This document shows positions 29,421 through 40,820 of a DNA stretch of 64,000 bases, piece by piece. The translations under genes were made by a program, and so were the position numbers. The notes under the pieces were generated by a model, which saw nothing but the letters and a program-made list of their open reading frames with translations, was not told the origin of the DNA and searched no databases. The DNA comes from Desulfatiglandales bacterium (GTDB lineage Bacteria > Desulfobacterota > DSM-4660 > Desulfatiglandales > Desulfatiglandaceae). Location: assembly GCA_963662465.1 (NCBI GenBank), contig OY759599.1:3808001-3872000 (forward strand), given 5' to 3'. Position 1 is the first letter of the stretch; every line of letters begins with the position of its first letter.

Positions 29421-31213
29421 CAGCAATTCCCGCTCAGGAATTTACTCACCGAGTTTGTAACACAAATTTGAAAAATAAACGGTGAGATCAAAAACTTTTC
29501 AGAAGATTACTCCAAATTCACTGTTGGCTCCTTCGATTTTTCACAGATTGAGGCTTTCCAGAAGAGAAAGAACGTAAAAAGATCTGAGTCAGGACAGAGA
29601 TATCCATTTCCGGAAACTCCAGATTTTTTATTGAGAGCACTCTTGTATGCAAATTGGACATCGCAAATTCACCCAGTGTCATACAAAATGACTGGCGCTT
29701 GGAATTTCACACCATAATAGAGAGCTTCATAGAGCATCCTCATGGATTTGAATTCAAAATCTTTAAACAGAGCTCTCATACGTTCCCATAATTCTCTTTT
29801 GGAACCGAGTTTCTGCCATGCAGCTCGAAATAAGGGACAACAAAGCTGCTGCGTTTGATCAACCAGAAATGCAATCATCATAAGCATCGCGAAAACAACA
29901 CTCAGATTTTTCTTGCCAAGGCCGAAGTTATGTTCAAAATGATAACCTTGGTTTTTAAGAGTATTGAAGGTTTCATTTTCGATCTTCCATCTCGCACGAC
30001 CGCCTCGCATCAGCTCGTATGCATTGTCCTTTTCTATGATAAAATCAGTCACCCAACTGAAATGCTGTGTTTTTTCCGGTGTAATTTCCCAATATTCCAG
30101 AAAGTTAACCAGTACATCCTTGTTAGAGGCGTTGAGAGGTACATGGTTAAGGAATCGGAAGCGATGCGTTTTTTCCGGATCCTCTTTGTCGACCAATTCG
30201 AATTCAGTAACGCCACCATTTACCCGCGCTTGTTCGACATGATTAAATAAGAAAGGATGATCGCCTCGTTTAACTCCCAGAATATAATGAAAGTTTTGCT
30301 TTTGTATTTCCTCTATATGGGGTGCATTCGAACTTAACGCGTCTTCTGTAATGATGAGAGACAGATGCGGATGATCCCTTTTCAGCTTACTCAAGAAACG
30401 TTTCGCTGCATTACGCTCACAGTCGTTTTTGCTTTGGCCGTCCTGCTTTACTATGAATTCCGGAGCAAGCGGAATGACCTCTTTGAAATCGGGATGCACA
30501 ATCGCTGCCCCCAGCATCTGCTGGTAATAGGTCTTTTCGCCGGTTTTTTTCGATACTTTTACCAAACAATTATCAGAGTAGAGCTTTTTCGAAGAGAAAA
30601 AGCCCGTTCCATCCAAAGATAGAAGATAACATCCTTCGAAAAAAGTCATACGTTCAAGCACTTTTCCTCTTTGCAGTTCCCAGAAGATATTCCTAAACGG
30701 TTTCCGAAGTTCTTCTGCGAGTACTTCATCAAGAATAGTGCGCATCTGACTGTCGCAAGGAACTTTTCCTATATGGTATATTCCAGCCAGATTACTATCG
30801 GTTTTTCTTCTTCCATCAAAAGCAAGCAATGAGGGATCCTTGAGCGAAAACATTGAAAACCCGGACATCAGTGCATCCGCCATTGGGATTTCGGGATCCT
30901 CACGATAGTCAGACACCTCCGAAAAATCTTTATGCAAACGTTTGAGCATTGCGTCTGCATTTAGATGCTTGCGAATTCCAATCTTGCCCTTTTGTTTTTT
31001 TCTTTCTTGGCGTGTGATTCCCATAGGGAGTAATCATCGCTCAAGTTGCTCCCAAAGTCCAGTTTTTCCTGAAAGATGCCAAATTTTTTTTATTTCTTTT
31101 GAAAATTTGAGAAAAAAGCCTTTCTGGGTTATTCATTCAATGTAAACCTTTACGAAAAGGAAATACCAAAATGTACTGTTTTCAGGCCTTTCAAGGGTGA
31201 GCGGGAATTGCTG
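29421..31213 (-). mobile_element. Insertion sequence (DDE, IS4/ISNCY-like) with 16-bp TIRs and 9-bp TSD
   Basis: TIR CAGCAATTCCCGCTCA 29421-29436 / TGAGCGGGAATTGCTG 31198-31213; TSD CTGTTTCGT at 29412-29420 and 31214-31222. Confidence 0.93.
29669..31024 (-). CDS. DDE transposase
   Basis: SLDGTG, TEDAL, GRARWKIENETFNTLK (YREK-like), located inside the TIRs. Confidence 0.93.
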   Translation of the reverse strand: MGITRQERKKQKGKIGIRKHLNADAMLKRLHKDFSEVSDYREDPEIPMADALMSGFSMFSLKDPSLLAFDGRRKTDSNLAGIYHIGKVPCDSQMRTILDEVLAEELRKPFRNIFWELQRGKVLERMTFFEGCYLLSLDGTGFFSSKKLYSDNCLVKVSKKTGEKTYYQQMLGAAIVHPDFKEVIPLAPEFIVKQDGQSKNDCERNAAKRFLSKLKRDHPHLSLIITEDALSSNAPHIEEIQKQNFHYILGVKRGDHPFLFNHVEQARVNGGVTEFELVDKEDPEKTHRFRFLNHVPLNASNKDVLVNFLEYWEITPEKTQHFSWVTDFIIEKDNAYELMRGGRARWKIENETFNTLKNQGYHFEHNFGLGKKNLSVVFAMLMMIAFLVDQTQQLCCPLFRAAWQKLGSKRELWERMRALFKDFEFKSMRMLYEALYYGVKFQAPVILYDTG

Positions 31214-32852
31214 CTGTTTCGTTAAGAGCAACGGAGCGTGCACCGCCTCAGGATATATTATCTGGACCATCCAGCCGGACTGTAACCATTTTACAGGGTA
31301 TTGTGAGTGGGACTACGATAAGACGGAATGTGCTTTCACGTGGAGTGGCGTACGTGTTGATGTGCCGAATCAGCCGCCTGAAGTAACTCTGAGTTATGAC
31401 CCCATCCACCCCTTTGCGGGCAAATTGATGACCTTTACTGTAGACGCCTTTGACCCTGATGGAGATTCCACTGGAATATACCTGGTATCTGGACGGCGCC
31501 GAACAGGCCGGCACATCGGAATTCCAATGGTCGAACCCGACCGTTGGTTACCATATTGTCAGTGTGCTGGTTTCAGACAAGAAAGGGGGAGATGAAGAGG
31601 ACTTTGTTGCGTTTGATGTGATTGAGCCAAAACGATACGTCATAGCGCCTGGAATGCAGGATGGGTCGGGGGAAGCCTGGGGGTTCGTTGATAAAATATT
31701 TATTGACGGCAAAGAGGTTACCGATGTTGAAAACACCGTTTTGTATTCCGGTTCTCAAATCAAGACCGGCCCGGGTGTGGAAATCCTGGTGCGGAGTTCC
31801 TATGGGGCGGTGACGAGGATTACAGAAGGCACGCAATATGAGGTAAAATCAACGCAGGTTGCAACCCCGACGACTCAAGAGGTATCCGGAAGACTTCTAA
31901 AAGGAGTTTGCGATTTCTATTGGCCGCCGGGTCGCGAAGCGGAAAAAAAGTTCGGAGTGGAAACAAACCGTGCAACCGTCGGTATAAAAGGCACGACGTT
32001 CAGTGTATCCCACTTTTTTGATGTCACCACTGTGGAGGTGGAAGAGGGCGTCGTTGAAGTAACCGATCTTGATACGAAAGTTATCTATACCATGCAGGCT
32101 GATGAGGAGCTTTCCTTTGGAAGCAATTGCATCCCCATTGCTGATGATCTGAGCATCTTCTTCTCCTGTGCCGAATATGATGAGGTAGGCTACAGTTTTA
32201 AGCTGGACTATTTTCCAAACCCGAATGATCCGTCCAATATTTATTGGAAGATGGATCTGTCAACGTTTAAGGCCGTCATGGAAAAAGACTGCATCCCGTT
32301 AGGGGGCGACCTGACCATAACCATTCCATGTGCGGAGTATGCTGGAATGCAGTACAGCTTTGCGCTCGATTTTGTTGTAATACCGGCAGACCCGGGAGGT
32401 ATCTACTGGAAGATGGATATAAGCACTTTCAAGGCGGTTCAAAGACCTGTTCCCGAAGCGCGATTGAGGTCTATTTTCTGAATATTACAGAGCCTCTTCG
32501 CCATAACTTGTTCATTCTCCATACGCTTCCGTGTTGTATTCCCTGTTTCCTGAAATAAAGGAAACAGGGAATATCCTCCCCCAAGACCCGCAAACGGGAA
32601 TGCAAGCAGATGAATTTTCTTTCTATACGGGGGCTGAGTCGGACTTGTTCTACTGTTCCGGCATTGGGGTGGGAGAACTCTCTCCGGAACCGAAAAGGCA
32701 GATATCGCCTGGTACTCTGTCCCCTGCTTTTCTTTTCTTCAGAATGATCCTGGCGACGAACGGTCACTATGCATTAAGGAGAACAATAACGATTCAAGTC
32801 CTACCTTGATTGTTACGGGGAGAGAGCGCCGAGCGCTTTCCACCACCTTCAA

Positions 32853-33665
32853 TCATTTCACTTTGTAGTAATCGAACTTGTGGTCGGTCGTTCTCTTGCC
32901 GTGACGCGTGTAGTAGCCGGTGATTCTCGAGTTATCATTGGAAATCGTCCAGTGATACACCCAGCCCTCGTCAACGCTGCGCCCGTACCGATTGGAAGGC
33001 ATAACTTGGAATACCATTTGGCGGCCTTGAAAAGTCCCCTCTCCCTTGTAGCTCTTCCAGATACCGGCCTTGTGGTCCGCGGCGGTAGACGGCCACGAGG
33101 TTATGACGGTGAAATGCTGTCCGTTTTGCCAGATATGCACTCTTCCGAGCTGATTTCTACTACCCTTGTAACTCCAGCTTCCCGCAACGTATACGGGCAG
33201 CGTTTTTCCGGGGGTGACAGAAGGCTGAGGCGGCGCTGGAGGAGCAGGAGTGGACGAGGATCTTCTCAGGGGGACCACCGAGGTAGCGGTCCACTGAAAG
33301 TTTCCCTTGAGATCCTGGGTGAAGGTGCCTGTGATCGTTCCTTTGCCGTCGGCGCCAATCGTCAGTTCACCTGTGAAGTCCTGTCTTAACTTTTTGTTAT
33401 CCCACTTTCGCGTAAAACTTATGGTGTTACCGGCAATGATTCCGTCAACCATTCTCTCGTTGTATACTGTGCCAGAAAAACGAGAGCCGGTCTGTTTGGA
33501 AACAACCAGCTTTCCGGGATAATTATTACCGATAATACGCCATTCCCCGGTCAGATCCGGAACATTGGAGGGCTGCGCCAAGGCAAACGAAGACTGACAG
33601 ACAAGAAGTCCAGCCAGAAACATTGAGGATACCAGCCGCGCAACGGCACTCATTCGGATGCTCAT
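32853..33665 (-). CDS. Secreted hypothetical protein with two beta-rich domains and a Pro-rich linker
   Basis: Signal peptide (ALA-Q), DLTGEW motif, linker TPAPPAPPQPS; G-rich SD. Confidence 0.65.
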   Translation of the reverse strand: MSIRMSAVARLVSSMFLAGLLVCQSSFALAQPSNVPDLTGEWRIIGNNYPGKLVVSKQTGSRFSGTVYNERMVDGIIAGNTISFTRKWDNKKLRQDFTGELTIGADGKGTITGTFTQDLKGNFQWTATSVVPLRRSSSTPAPPAPPQPSVTPGKTLPVYVAGSWSYKGSRNQLGRVHIWQNGQHFTVITSWPSTAADHKAGIWKSYKGEGTFQGRQMVFQVMPSNRYGRSVDEGWVYHWTISNDNSRITGYYTRHGKRTTDHKFDYYKVK

Positions 33666-34561
33666 GTCTAAATCCCCCTTTTAGCTGGCAGGAAACCGTT
33701 TTTTTAGATTTGCCAAAAAAACCATACATCATAAACATAGGATAGAAACTTGCTTTTTGTCAACGAGAATGCGACAGGCTTTTAAAATGTTCCCCCGTCC
33801 GCGAGCGGACGTGGAACGGCATGGCAGGGAGGGAATGGGCAAAGATCGGCAAAGGATTGAAACCGGTTCAGCAAAAACGGAAGTTGCTCGGAAATTAAGG
33901 GCAAGAGCCTGTACAATAGAAAATAGGGGACGTTTGTGCAGAAATTGACTAGAAAAGGAGGATGAATTCAAAATATGGTATAAATTGATAGGGAAATAAA
34001 GGGCAAGTCGATTCTATTCTTTCTTTGGTTCGTTATCCTACCTTTTGATTTCCGTATCATTTTATGAAAATGTTTCAGCTACTTAAGCTAAGTGCTGATG
34101 GCTAAAAGCCGATTGCGGTTTTCAGAATTAAATATAGCTTCGGGATAGTGTTCTCGAAGCCCCATATCTTGTGGCTTCCCCTCTATTAGATGATCCTCAT
34201 CCAATTCAAGCTTTCCTATATGCAACATTCTTTTGATTTCACTGGTAAATAGTGTAAGATTGATCTGTCATCCTTGCACGGTTTTGGCGGATGTGCTAAG
34301 AGGGTTGATGCAAGCATTGTGGAATCACACCCGGAGAGACTGAAGATCTTCCCATCTCAATATCTGGTGGTTCAAAAGACGACGATGTTACCTCTGATAC
34401 CGAACCTGGGATAGCATATCGGAAAATAATTTTTTGGCTTTTGACAATTATGGCGATTCCATGTATTCCCAATATATATCGACCATGCCAGACCTGAGAG
34501 AGGGATCTACCGCCCGCGCACGGGGATTGAACAGAAAACTGACACTCGAAAGGAGCTGCCA

Positions 34562-37222
34562 ATGCATAGAATGAGAGTAACGAGATATTTGTTTACCCTG
34601 TTCTTGTTCTTGTTTTTTTCTTTCCTGACACTGCGCCAGCCGCTGTCTTCCCCTACGGATTATGAACTTATGCAGGAAGTCATAAAGAACTTTGTAGAGC
34701 TGACCGGGGATCGAATCGTGGGGAGTGGTTCCTGGATAAAAGGCAGTACTTTTGAACCTGGGGTGTCTGATTTCGATATGCGGCTGTTGACGCGATCAGG
34801 AGATCCGGCTATTCAGATTCAAAAATGGAAAGAAAGCCAAGGGAAATTAGTCGAATTGATTCAAAAGAAATTTGGCTCCCGCGCAAATGCAATCCTTACC
34901 AGAACCAACCTGTATCCCCCCGACCAGATGATGTTTGGTGTCGAAGACCAATCTGAAGCAGCTGCGCGGTTTGCCGAATGGAGGCGCATGCCCAATCTCA
35001 AGAAGGGAGGTAAATTTACCTCCGCCAATGATATTGAAGGGCTGTGGGGGGAGCCAGGAAGGTTGATGCGACAAAAGAAGGAGCTATCCGAAGGCCTTCT
35101 ATTCTATAAAAACCCTGAGACCTTCGAAGCTATTACCAGCTCACCTCGAAGCATTCACAAGGCAGAAGGGATACTCAGGTACAACGCTGAACTCGCAGCC
35201 AAGAGTACCGCGCAGTGCGCCGACATAGGACTTGCATACCTGTCCAAAGGCAACTCTCATGAACTGCTCAAGTACCTCGGACGGACCGACAGGGAATTGC
35301 AGCGTTGCCGGGAGCTGAGTGGAGCGGCTATTGATTGGGATTTCATAAAAAAACTCCAGAAGTTACAGACGGACATCGAACTTGACCCCAAGCTCTTGAA
35401 AGATCCCAAATTTGCGGCCGGGGCCAAGCAGGTTCTGTTGCGCGCCAAATCGGAATCAGCCATCCTGGCCAATTACGCCAAAGCCGGCCCCATGCAGAAG
35501 GCCTATCTGAGGGTTATGCTCGATGGCGTTGCAGCAAAAAACCAGTTGGGGGACCTGATTGATACCATCGGTACACACACCCCGGACTGGGTCAATTTTA
35601 CCAATGCCGTCAAGTTCATGATGATTGCCGCTGGTACGGCCCAAGTCGCCGAGGCCGCCGGGCACGGAGATACGGATGAGGCTGTACGCAGTACTCTGAT
35701 TCTCCTCAAATCGGCCAGTGTCAAAGGACTTTCCTTGTCATCCCTGGTGGCCAGCATTCCCGGATACTCTGCTCTCTTGTTGGCGCAAATGATCGTTGAA
35801 ATCCGCATGGAGGCCAAACAAGCAGGAGTGTTACTGGCAGTGGGCAGGCAAAATCCTTGGGAGCTTATCAGCGGCATCTATAGGGCATGGGGAGCAGGGT
35901 ATGATCCTGATCCCAGGTACGGCAAAGAAAGGACCCTGGGTGACCTGGTGGCTCGATTTCACAGCGAGAGTCGCCTCGAGGCCTGGGTGCTTCACATGTG
36001 CGGCCGGGCGGTTTCTCAGGGTGCAAGGCCTCCGGAATGGGGGCCTAGGGTCAGGGCAACGGTAGAAGATACGAAAAAAGCCATCTTCGACAGGTGCTGG
36101 CCGATTATCCGTTTTGCCTGGCTATGGGAGCGAGAGATGCTGATGGCCGAGTACCTGAACATACGGAGTGAACTGGTTCACACGCCGCTGTTTATCGGCT
36201 ATACCCCACAGAAACCCAAACTCAATGAAAGTGTCATCGCCTCTGTACACAATATGGGGCAACATCTTGAGCAATCCTTATTCCGAATGGAGGTCATCCT
36301 CAAACTGCTTTATGGGAGCAAATCATTTCTTGGTTGGCAGTATTTTTGGGACCCGGAAGGCTCTCATGTCAGCTTGAAGAATCGGCGAAGCTTCATCTTT
36401 CAGACCCTTGGGAACCATCAGGTGGATGTTCGTCTGTCTTTGAAACCTTATCCGGGAGGTAACGATCCCGCGGGATTCCGCTCCGAAAATGTAACCGAAA
36501 CCCGAATCATGCGGGAATACGAACTCGAGGCTTCAGTTTATGTAGAAATAGTCGGCGAAACAGGTGATCAGGTTCAGGTCCCCGATGTGGTCGGTCTGCC
36601 CCAGGCAACCGCTGAAAAGGCAATCAAGGATGTGGGTCTTGAACCGTCTTCAACCACGGAGACGCTCGATACCGCACCGACCGGACAGGTTGTCAAGCAG
36701 AATCCGCTGGGTGGGACAAAGGTTCAGAGCGGAAGCACTGTGAATATTGCAGTTTCATCGGGAGCTAAAGGACTTCCGGTAAGTGGTGTATTTAAACCAC
36801 ACCGCATGGAACCAACAATGCCTGGTCACCCGGCTTATTTTCAAGATTTTCAAATCGAATATACCGTGAAGGGGTTGTATGCCAGGCAAGTCACGGATAC
36901 TATCGGCCAGACTACTGGAAGAAGGTCTTATTCAGGATGCTGTATTGATGGAGATCCGGGGGAATTGAGGGTTTCAGGGACGGCCTCAGGCAGCAACCTT
37001 GGTAATTCTTCACAGTATGCAGGAAGAATTGTTGTAAAAGTTCGACTCTGTTCATCCCCGGAAGAGGTTGTAACCTATCCCATTGCAATCAATACTTCGC
37101 CCCCTTACGCCTTTGATGTTTCGGTACCTGTTCCCTCTGGATGTACACGGGTTTCTTTCAGCATTACAACCGGTATGGCGTGGCCCAATGGGTTTTTCAA
37201 CATTTCCGTAAGCGGAGGGTAA
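34562..37222 (+). CDS. Large exported protein with an N-terminal NTase-like motif and a PASTA domain
   Basis: 886 aa; SD AAGGAG; hydrophobic N-terminus; GSW-x11-DFD; PASTA VPDVVGL..A...I...GL....GQVVKQNP..G......V.I.VS. Confidence 0.75.
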   Translation: MHRMRVTRYLFTLFLFLFFSFLTLRQPLSSPTDYELMQEVIKNFVELTGDRIVGSGSWIKGSTFEPGVSDFDMRLLTRSGDPAIQIQKWKESQGKLVELIQKKFGSRANAILTRTNLYPPDQMMFGVEDQSEAAARFAEWRRMPNLKKGGKFTSANDIEGLWGEPGRLMRQKKELSEGLLFYKNPETFEAITSSPRSIHKAEGILRYNAELAAKSTAQCADIGLAYLSKGNSHELLKYLGRTDRELQRCRELSGAAIDWDFIKKLQKLQTDIELDPKLLKDPKFAAGAKQVLLRAKSESAILANYAKAGPMQKAYLRVMLDGVAAKNQLGDLIDTIGTHTPDWVNFTNAVKFMMIAAGTAQVAEAAGHGDTDEAVRSTLILLKSASVKGLSLSSLVASIPGYSALLLAQMIVEIRMEAKQAGVLLAVGRQNPWELISGIYRAWGAGYDPDPRYGKERTLGDLVARFHSESRLEAWVLHMCGRAVSQGARPPEWGPRVRATVEDTKKAIFDRCWPIIRFAWLWEREMLMAEYLNIRSELVHTPLFIGYTPQKPKLNESVIASVHNMGQHLEQSLFRMEVILKLLYGSKSFLGWQYFWDPEGSHVSLKNRRSFIFQTLGNHQVDVRLSLKPYPGGNDPAGFRSENVTETRIMREYELEASVYVEIVGETGDQVQVPDVVGLPQATAEKAIKDVGLEPSSTTETLDTAPTGQVVKQNPLGGTKVQSGSTVNIAVSSGAKGLPVSGVFKPHRMEPTMPGHPAYFQDFQIEYTVKGLYARQVTDTIGQTTGRRSYSGCCIDGDPGELRVSGTASGSNLGNSSQYAGRIVVKVRLCSSPEEVVTYPIAINTSPPYAFDVSVPVPSGCTRVSFSITTGMAWPNGFFNISVSGG

Positions 37223-37561
37223 AAAAACCGACATGGCGCTGCAGCGGAGGACAGCGCTACCGAACGTTACAGTAACCGGAAAGTTTTACTCGTTGTACCG
37301 TGTTGAGATAAATACGGTTTAGGCCCTTGCGGCCTGGTGTTGTGTCACAAAAAACAAGAAAATTTCGAACTTCGCAAAAAGGAGTGTCAAAACAGTATTT
37401 TGACATGCCTGGCCTGACTCAGTTTAGAGGTGCCAAAATTTCATTTCGACACTTCTACGGTTGCGGGGGTAGCCCGCCTTAGAGGTCTTATAGCCCTTTG
37501 GTTAATTGCTTTGAACAGTCACCTAAATGGAATGAGTGGAAAACAGACAGGAGATGAGACC

Positions 37562-38407
37562 ATGGTCATCAACACGGATCATACTGCGCGCTATGTGTTT
37601 GTTTGTTTGCTGACAACGCTGTTGTTACTGGTTGTGGTACAGAATGCTATCGCACATGACCTGAACGGAACGTGGGGTTCATCGCAGTACGAGGCGGAGC
37701 TTTCCGTGTTGGGCGAAAGTGTTAAGGGTACCTTCAGATCCCTGTGGTATCCGGAACATGCCCTGGGAACCATTGCAGGAGATCTGAAGGAAAATGCCTT
37801 TGTCGCCGAATGGAGCACACCCGAAGGGGAGGGTCCAGGGGACTTCAGCACAGTGCTTGTCCTTTCAGCCAAAGGAGAAAGCCTTACCGGCTATAGGTGG
37901 AGCGAAGGGTTGTACTTTACAGGCTTTGCCCTGCATCGGGCTGTTGATGGAGAGATTCCAACGCTTTTTGATGAACAGATGTTTTCAGGCCCGGCATCCT
38001 CTGATACGTCTATAAAAAGGATCGATGACCCGCCAGATTTAGACGGCCGACAAGGTCTGGTAGGACAGGCCATTCAGGAGGCCAAAAAGCTCCTTCAACA
38101 AGCCCGCACCCAATGGAACAAAGGGGATCTGGACAGGGCAATAGCAACCCTGCGGGAAGCGAAAAAACTTGATCCGGATAACAAGGAGATCGTCAAGACG
38201 CTCGAAATTATGGAGCGCCAGAAAGATGAATGGCAGAGCCACACGCCCATAACCAAAAATCCACAGCCCACCCCTCAAAGACCTTCTTCTGACGATGGCT
38301 GGGCGCCCATCGGTGGAACAGGCTCCTCTACTACGAGAGATAAAAGTGGGAATTCGGAAGGGGAACGAAGCATACCCAAAGGGCACTCAACGCGCTACGG
38401 GTTTTAG
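37562..38407 (+). CDS. Secreted hypothetical protein with a TPR-like repeat
   Basis: SD AGGAG; signal peptide AIA-H; DLNGTW; A..QWNKGDLDRAIATLREAKKLDPDN. Confidence 0.65.
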   Translation: MVINTDHTARYVFVCLLTTLLLLVVVQNAIAHDLNGTWGSSQYEAELSVLGESVKGTFRSLWYPEHALGTIAGDLKENAFVAEWSTPEGEGPGDFSTVLVLSAKGESLTGYRWSEGLYFTGFALHRAVDGEIPTLFDEQMFSGPASSDTSIKRIDDPPDLDGRQGLVGQAIQEAKKLLQQARTQWNKGDLDRAIATLREAKKLDPDNKEIVKTLEIMERQKDEWQSHTPITKNPQPTPQRPSSDDGWAPIGGTGSSTTRDKSGNSEGERSIPKGHSTRYGF

Positions 38408-38717
38408 AGCTAAAGAAATTACTCCGGGACTGGAGACTGAATATTCCCTGGTTTTGCCTCTGAAAAATGGCCGTTCCCTGCAAACATAAAGATAATATGC
38501 CAGGCCTTGCTATATCCGTCAAAAATAGCGGATACGTCCATTAAATTCAACTGTAGCAAATAATGTGATATCGTTGTTGGGAGGGGGCAGACTGTGAGTT
38601 GATAGGGGCATGAAATTGGCAGTTTTCTGGGTTACATGAGATAGGCATATCTCCAACATACGTCAGGCAGCGAAAAGGTGCCTTATTAGCTCGTTTTCAC
38701 AAAATATGGAAATTATT

Positions 38718-39028
38718 GGGAGGGACGATTACGGATTACACGGTCCTTTTGACGGCAGGATTGGTCTGTCGCCAATTAAATAAAATCGTCAGGTGGCTTC
38801 TGGCAAATGGTCACTATTTCCCCGCCAGATTTTATCTTGCCCTGAACTAAATATAGTGATTTGTATGTCCCATGAAGTCAACTCCACTATTTGTCTGAAT
38901 CGATATCTCAAACGATTTCTCGCGGTCGAATGTTTGTGATATCATCATTGGGAGGCGGCGGATTCAGGGTTGAGAGATGCATGGAGCTGGAAGTTTTCTG
39001 ATCACACCAGGCTGGGACTATCTCCAAC
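38718..39028 (+). repeat. Non-coding repeat R1, copy 1 (~310 bp; copy 2 at 53634-53950)
   Basis: Near-identical from GGGAGG..ACGATTACGGATTACAC to GGGACTATCTCCAAC. Confidence 0.9.
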
Positions 39029-39284
39029 GTACCACAACCAAAGACGACGTTGTGATATGATCCACATATTACATCCGGTCCGTATTTGAAAACCGCTTTC
39101 GACAAATGATTGAGACCCCTACATCTTGTGGTCGCGCCTTTTTCAGATTGTTAATCCAAAAGTGAAGACTTCCTATATGAATATTCTGCCAAATCTGGAG
39201 CTTGGAGGCTTGAAAAAGCACCTGACTTGGAACTTCTGTTTTGGTGTAGCGTAGAGAAGGATGGCAGCTCTAATCTTCACCTCT

Positions 39285-39318
39285 CCGGGCTGAGACGCTT
39301 CGGCTCTCAACCCGGTTT
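39285..39318. terminator. Hairpin just downstream of the integrase stop; possible bidirectional terminator
   Basis: CCGGG-C-TGAGA-C-GC-TTCG-GC-TCTCA-A-CCCGG followed by TTTTGTTT. Confidence 0.55.
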
Positions 39319-39327
39319 TGTTTCCAT

Positions 39328-40163
39328 TTATCCATGAATATTGTCAATCCATCTCATGGCCTCCATATCACTGACTTTACCCAAATATCTTTGAGTGGTC
39401 GACAGGTTGGAATGGCGGAGGATGATCTTGCTGACAATCTCCAAAGGGGTTCCAGCCCGGGAGGCAAAAGTTGCGGCATGCCTTCTCAGATCATGCGGCC
39501 TCAATCTGACACCAACCAACTTACCGGCTTTCATCACAACAATCCTCGCAGCGGAGTAGCTTATTGGGAAAATTCTCTCAACAAGTTGAATCTTTTTCTC
39601 GCTGATGTACACCTTGAGTCTGTCTGCTACTTTTTTGGGGATAAAAACAACCTCCATTTCTTTTCCGCTTTTGGGCTCACAGATAAAGATTTTTCTGTCT
39701 TCAACGTCAGCAGGTGTGAGTTTCAGAACTTCTCCTACTCTCATGCCGCCACGCCCCATAAGTTCGAGCATGAGACGGTTTCTGATGTCTTCGGTTCTGA
39801 AGATGATTTCATCCACAACGTCTTTTTCCAAAATCTTCCAATGGATCGGTTTCTGGACTTTGAAAAGTTTCTTCAGTGTAGGGGAATCACAAGGGTTTTG
39901 AATTTTGGGGTCGAAAGAGGTCTTGATAAAATTGAAAAAGGTCGACAGGAGGGAGTAACGGAGCTTTTTCGTAGACTGCTTCGCCTCTTTTGATATCTTT
40001 GTGAGAAAAGGGAGGACATTTTCAGTGGTTACGGATGATAACTCAATGTTGCCGAAATGATGCTCGAATCTGGTTAGAACGAACTCATAGTTTTTCAATG
40101 TGCTTTTTTTTGAATTCATTCTCTGATAGTCAAAAAAAAATTCGTGGCCTCCAACAGTTCCAT
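39328..40163 (-). CDS. Tyrosine recombinase/integrase (SD-led start is out of frame at a T9 tract)
   Basis: GMRVGE, PKSG, HDLRR, LRHSNLSTTQRY catalytic R-K-H-R-H-Y; SAM-like N-domain TLKNY. Confidence 0.9.
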
Positions 40164-40190
40164 AGTGCACCTCCCGTTTTTTGAGGGTTA

Positions 40191-40820
40191 GTCAATGACC
40201 ACCACCAAAGGTGGTGGCTTGAATTAATGCACCTGGAAGGTGCATGGTACCTATTCTATTTGAACAATTTACCTTGCGTCACATCGGCATCTTTATCTTT
40301 ACTATGCTGCCATTTTACATACTTTTTGATCCGCTCTTCATCTAAGCCTACCGTACTCACACAATAGCCTCTCGACCACACATGTTGTCCCCAGTATTTT
40401 TTTCGCAGTTGAGGAAAACGGTCAAATAGTTGTAGAGCCAGTTTCCCCTTCAGGAACCCCATGAACTGCGATATGGCGTATTTCGGAGGGATTGATACGA
40501 CCAGGTGAACATGGTCAATTTGCACATTACCTTCCACCACTTCTACGTCATCTTTTTGATTACATAACCGATATATCTGTTGCATCACATATTTTGCCAC
40601 TTCTTCCTGCAATATTTTGTAGCGATATTTCGGGCAAAACACCACATGGTACTTACACTCATACAAAGAATGTGCTAATTTCTTGAATTGACGTTGACGA
40701 GTCATTATATGCCTCCTGTTAGTTTCGCACCTTCCAGGAAGACATATAATACTCGTCATATTCAATACACCGGTAGAACCTTTTTTTATTCCACTACCAG
40801 AGGTAGTGGTTTACTTTTTA
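40191..40820 (-). mobile_element. IS200/IS605-family element (tnpA only)
   Basis: Subterminal hairpins CCACCACC-AAA-GGTGGTGG (~40199) and CCACTACC-AGA-GGTAGTGG (40791); ends approximate. Confidence 0.85.
40256..40705 (-). CDS. tnpA: IS200-family HUH (Y1) transposase
   Basis: YHVVFCPKYR, DHVH (HUH), WSRGY..STVG, YV..Q; SD AGGAGG. Confidence 0.95.
   Translation of the reverse strand: MTRQRQFKKLAHSLYECKYHVVFCPKYRYKILQEEVAKYVMQQIYRLCNQKDDVEVVEGNVQIDHVHLVVSIPPKYAISQFMGFLKGKLALQLFDRFPQLRKKYWGQHVWSRGYCVSTVGLDEERIKKYVKWQHSKDKDADVTQGKLFK

Larger units (their letters stand above)
29155..32481 (+). pseudogene. Secreted protein (PKD-like, FecR-like, two C-terminal Cys repeats) split by an IS and a frameshift
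   Basis: Removing the IS rejoins ..FPACFV/KSNGAC..; extra T near 31468 (DGD/PLEY); ATVGIKGTTFSV..VEVEEGVVEV FecR-like; CIP..DL.I...CAEY....SF.LD......YWKMD occurs twice. Confidence 0.72.

Noticed and set aside
37385..37455. Palindromes TGTCAAAA-N5-TTTTGACA and a relative as sigma-54 enhancers
   Set aside because: No convincing -24/-12 element found downstream; function unsupported
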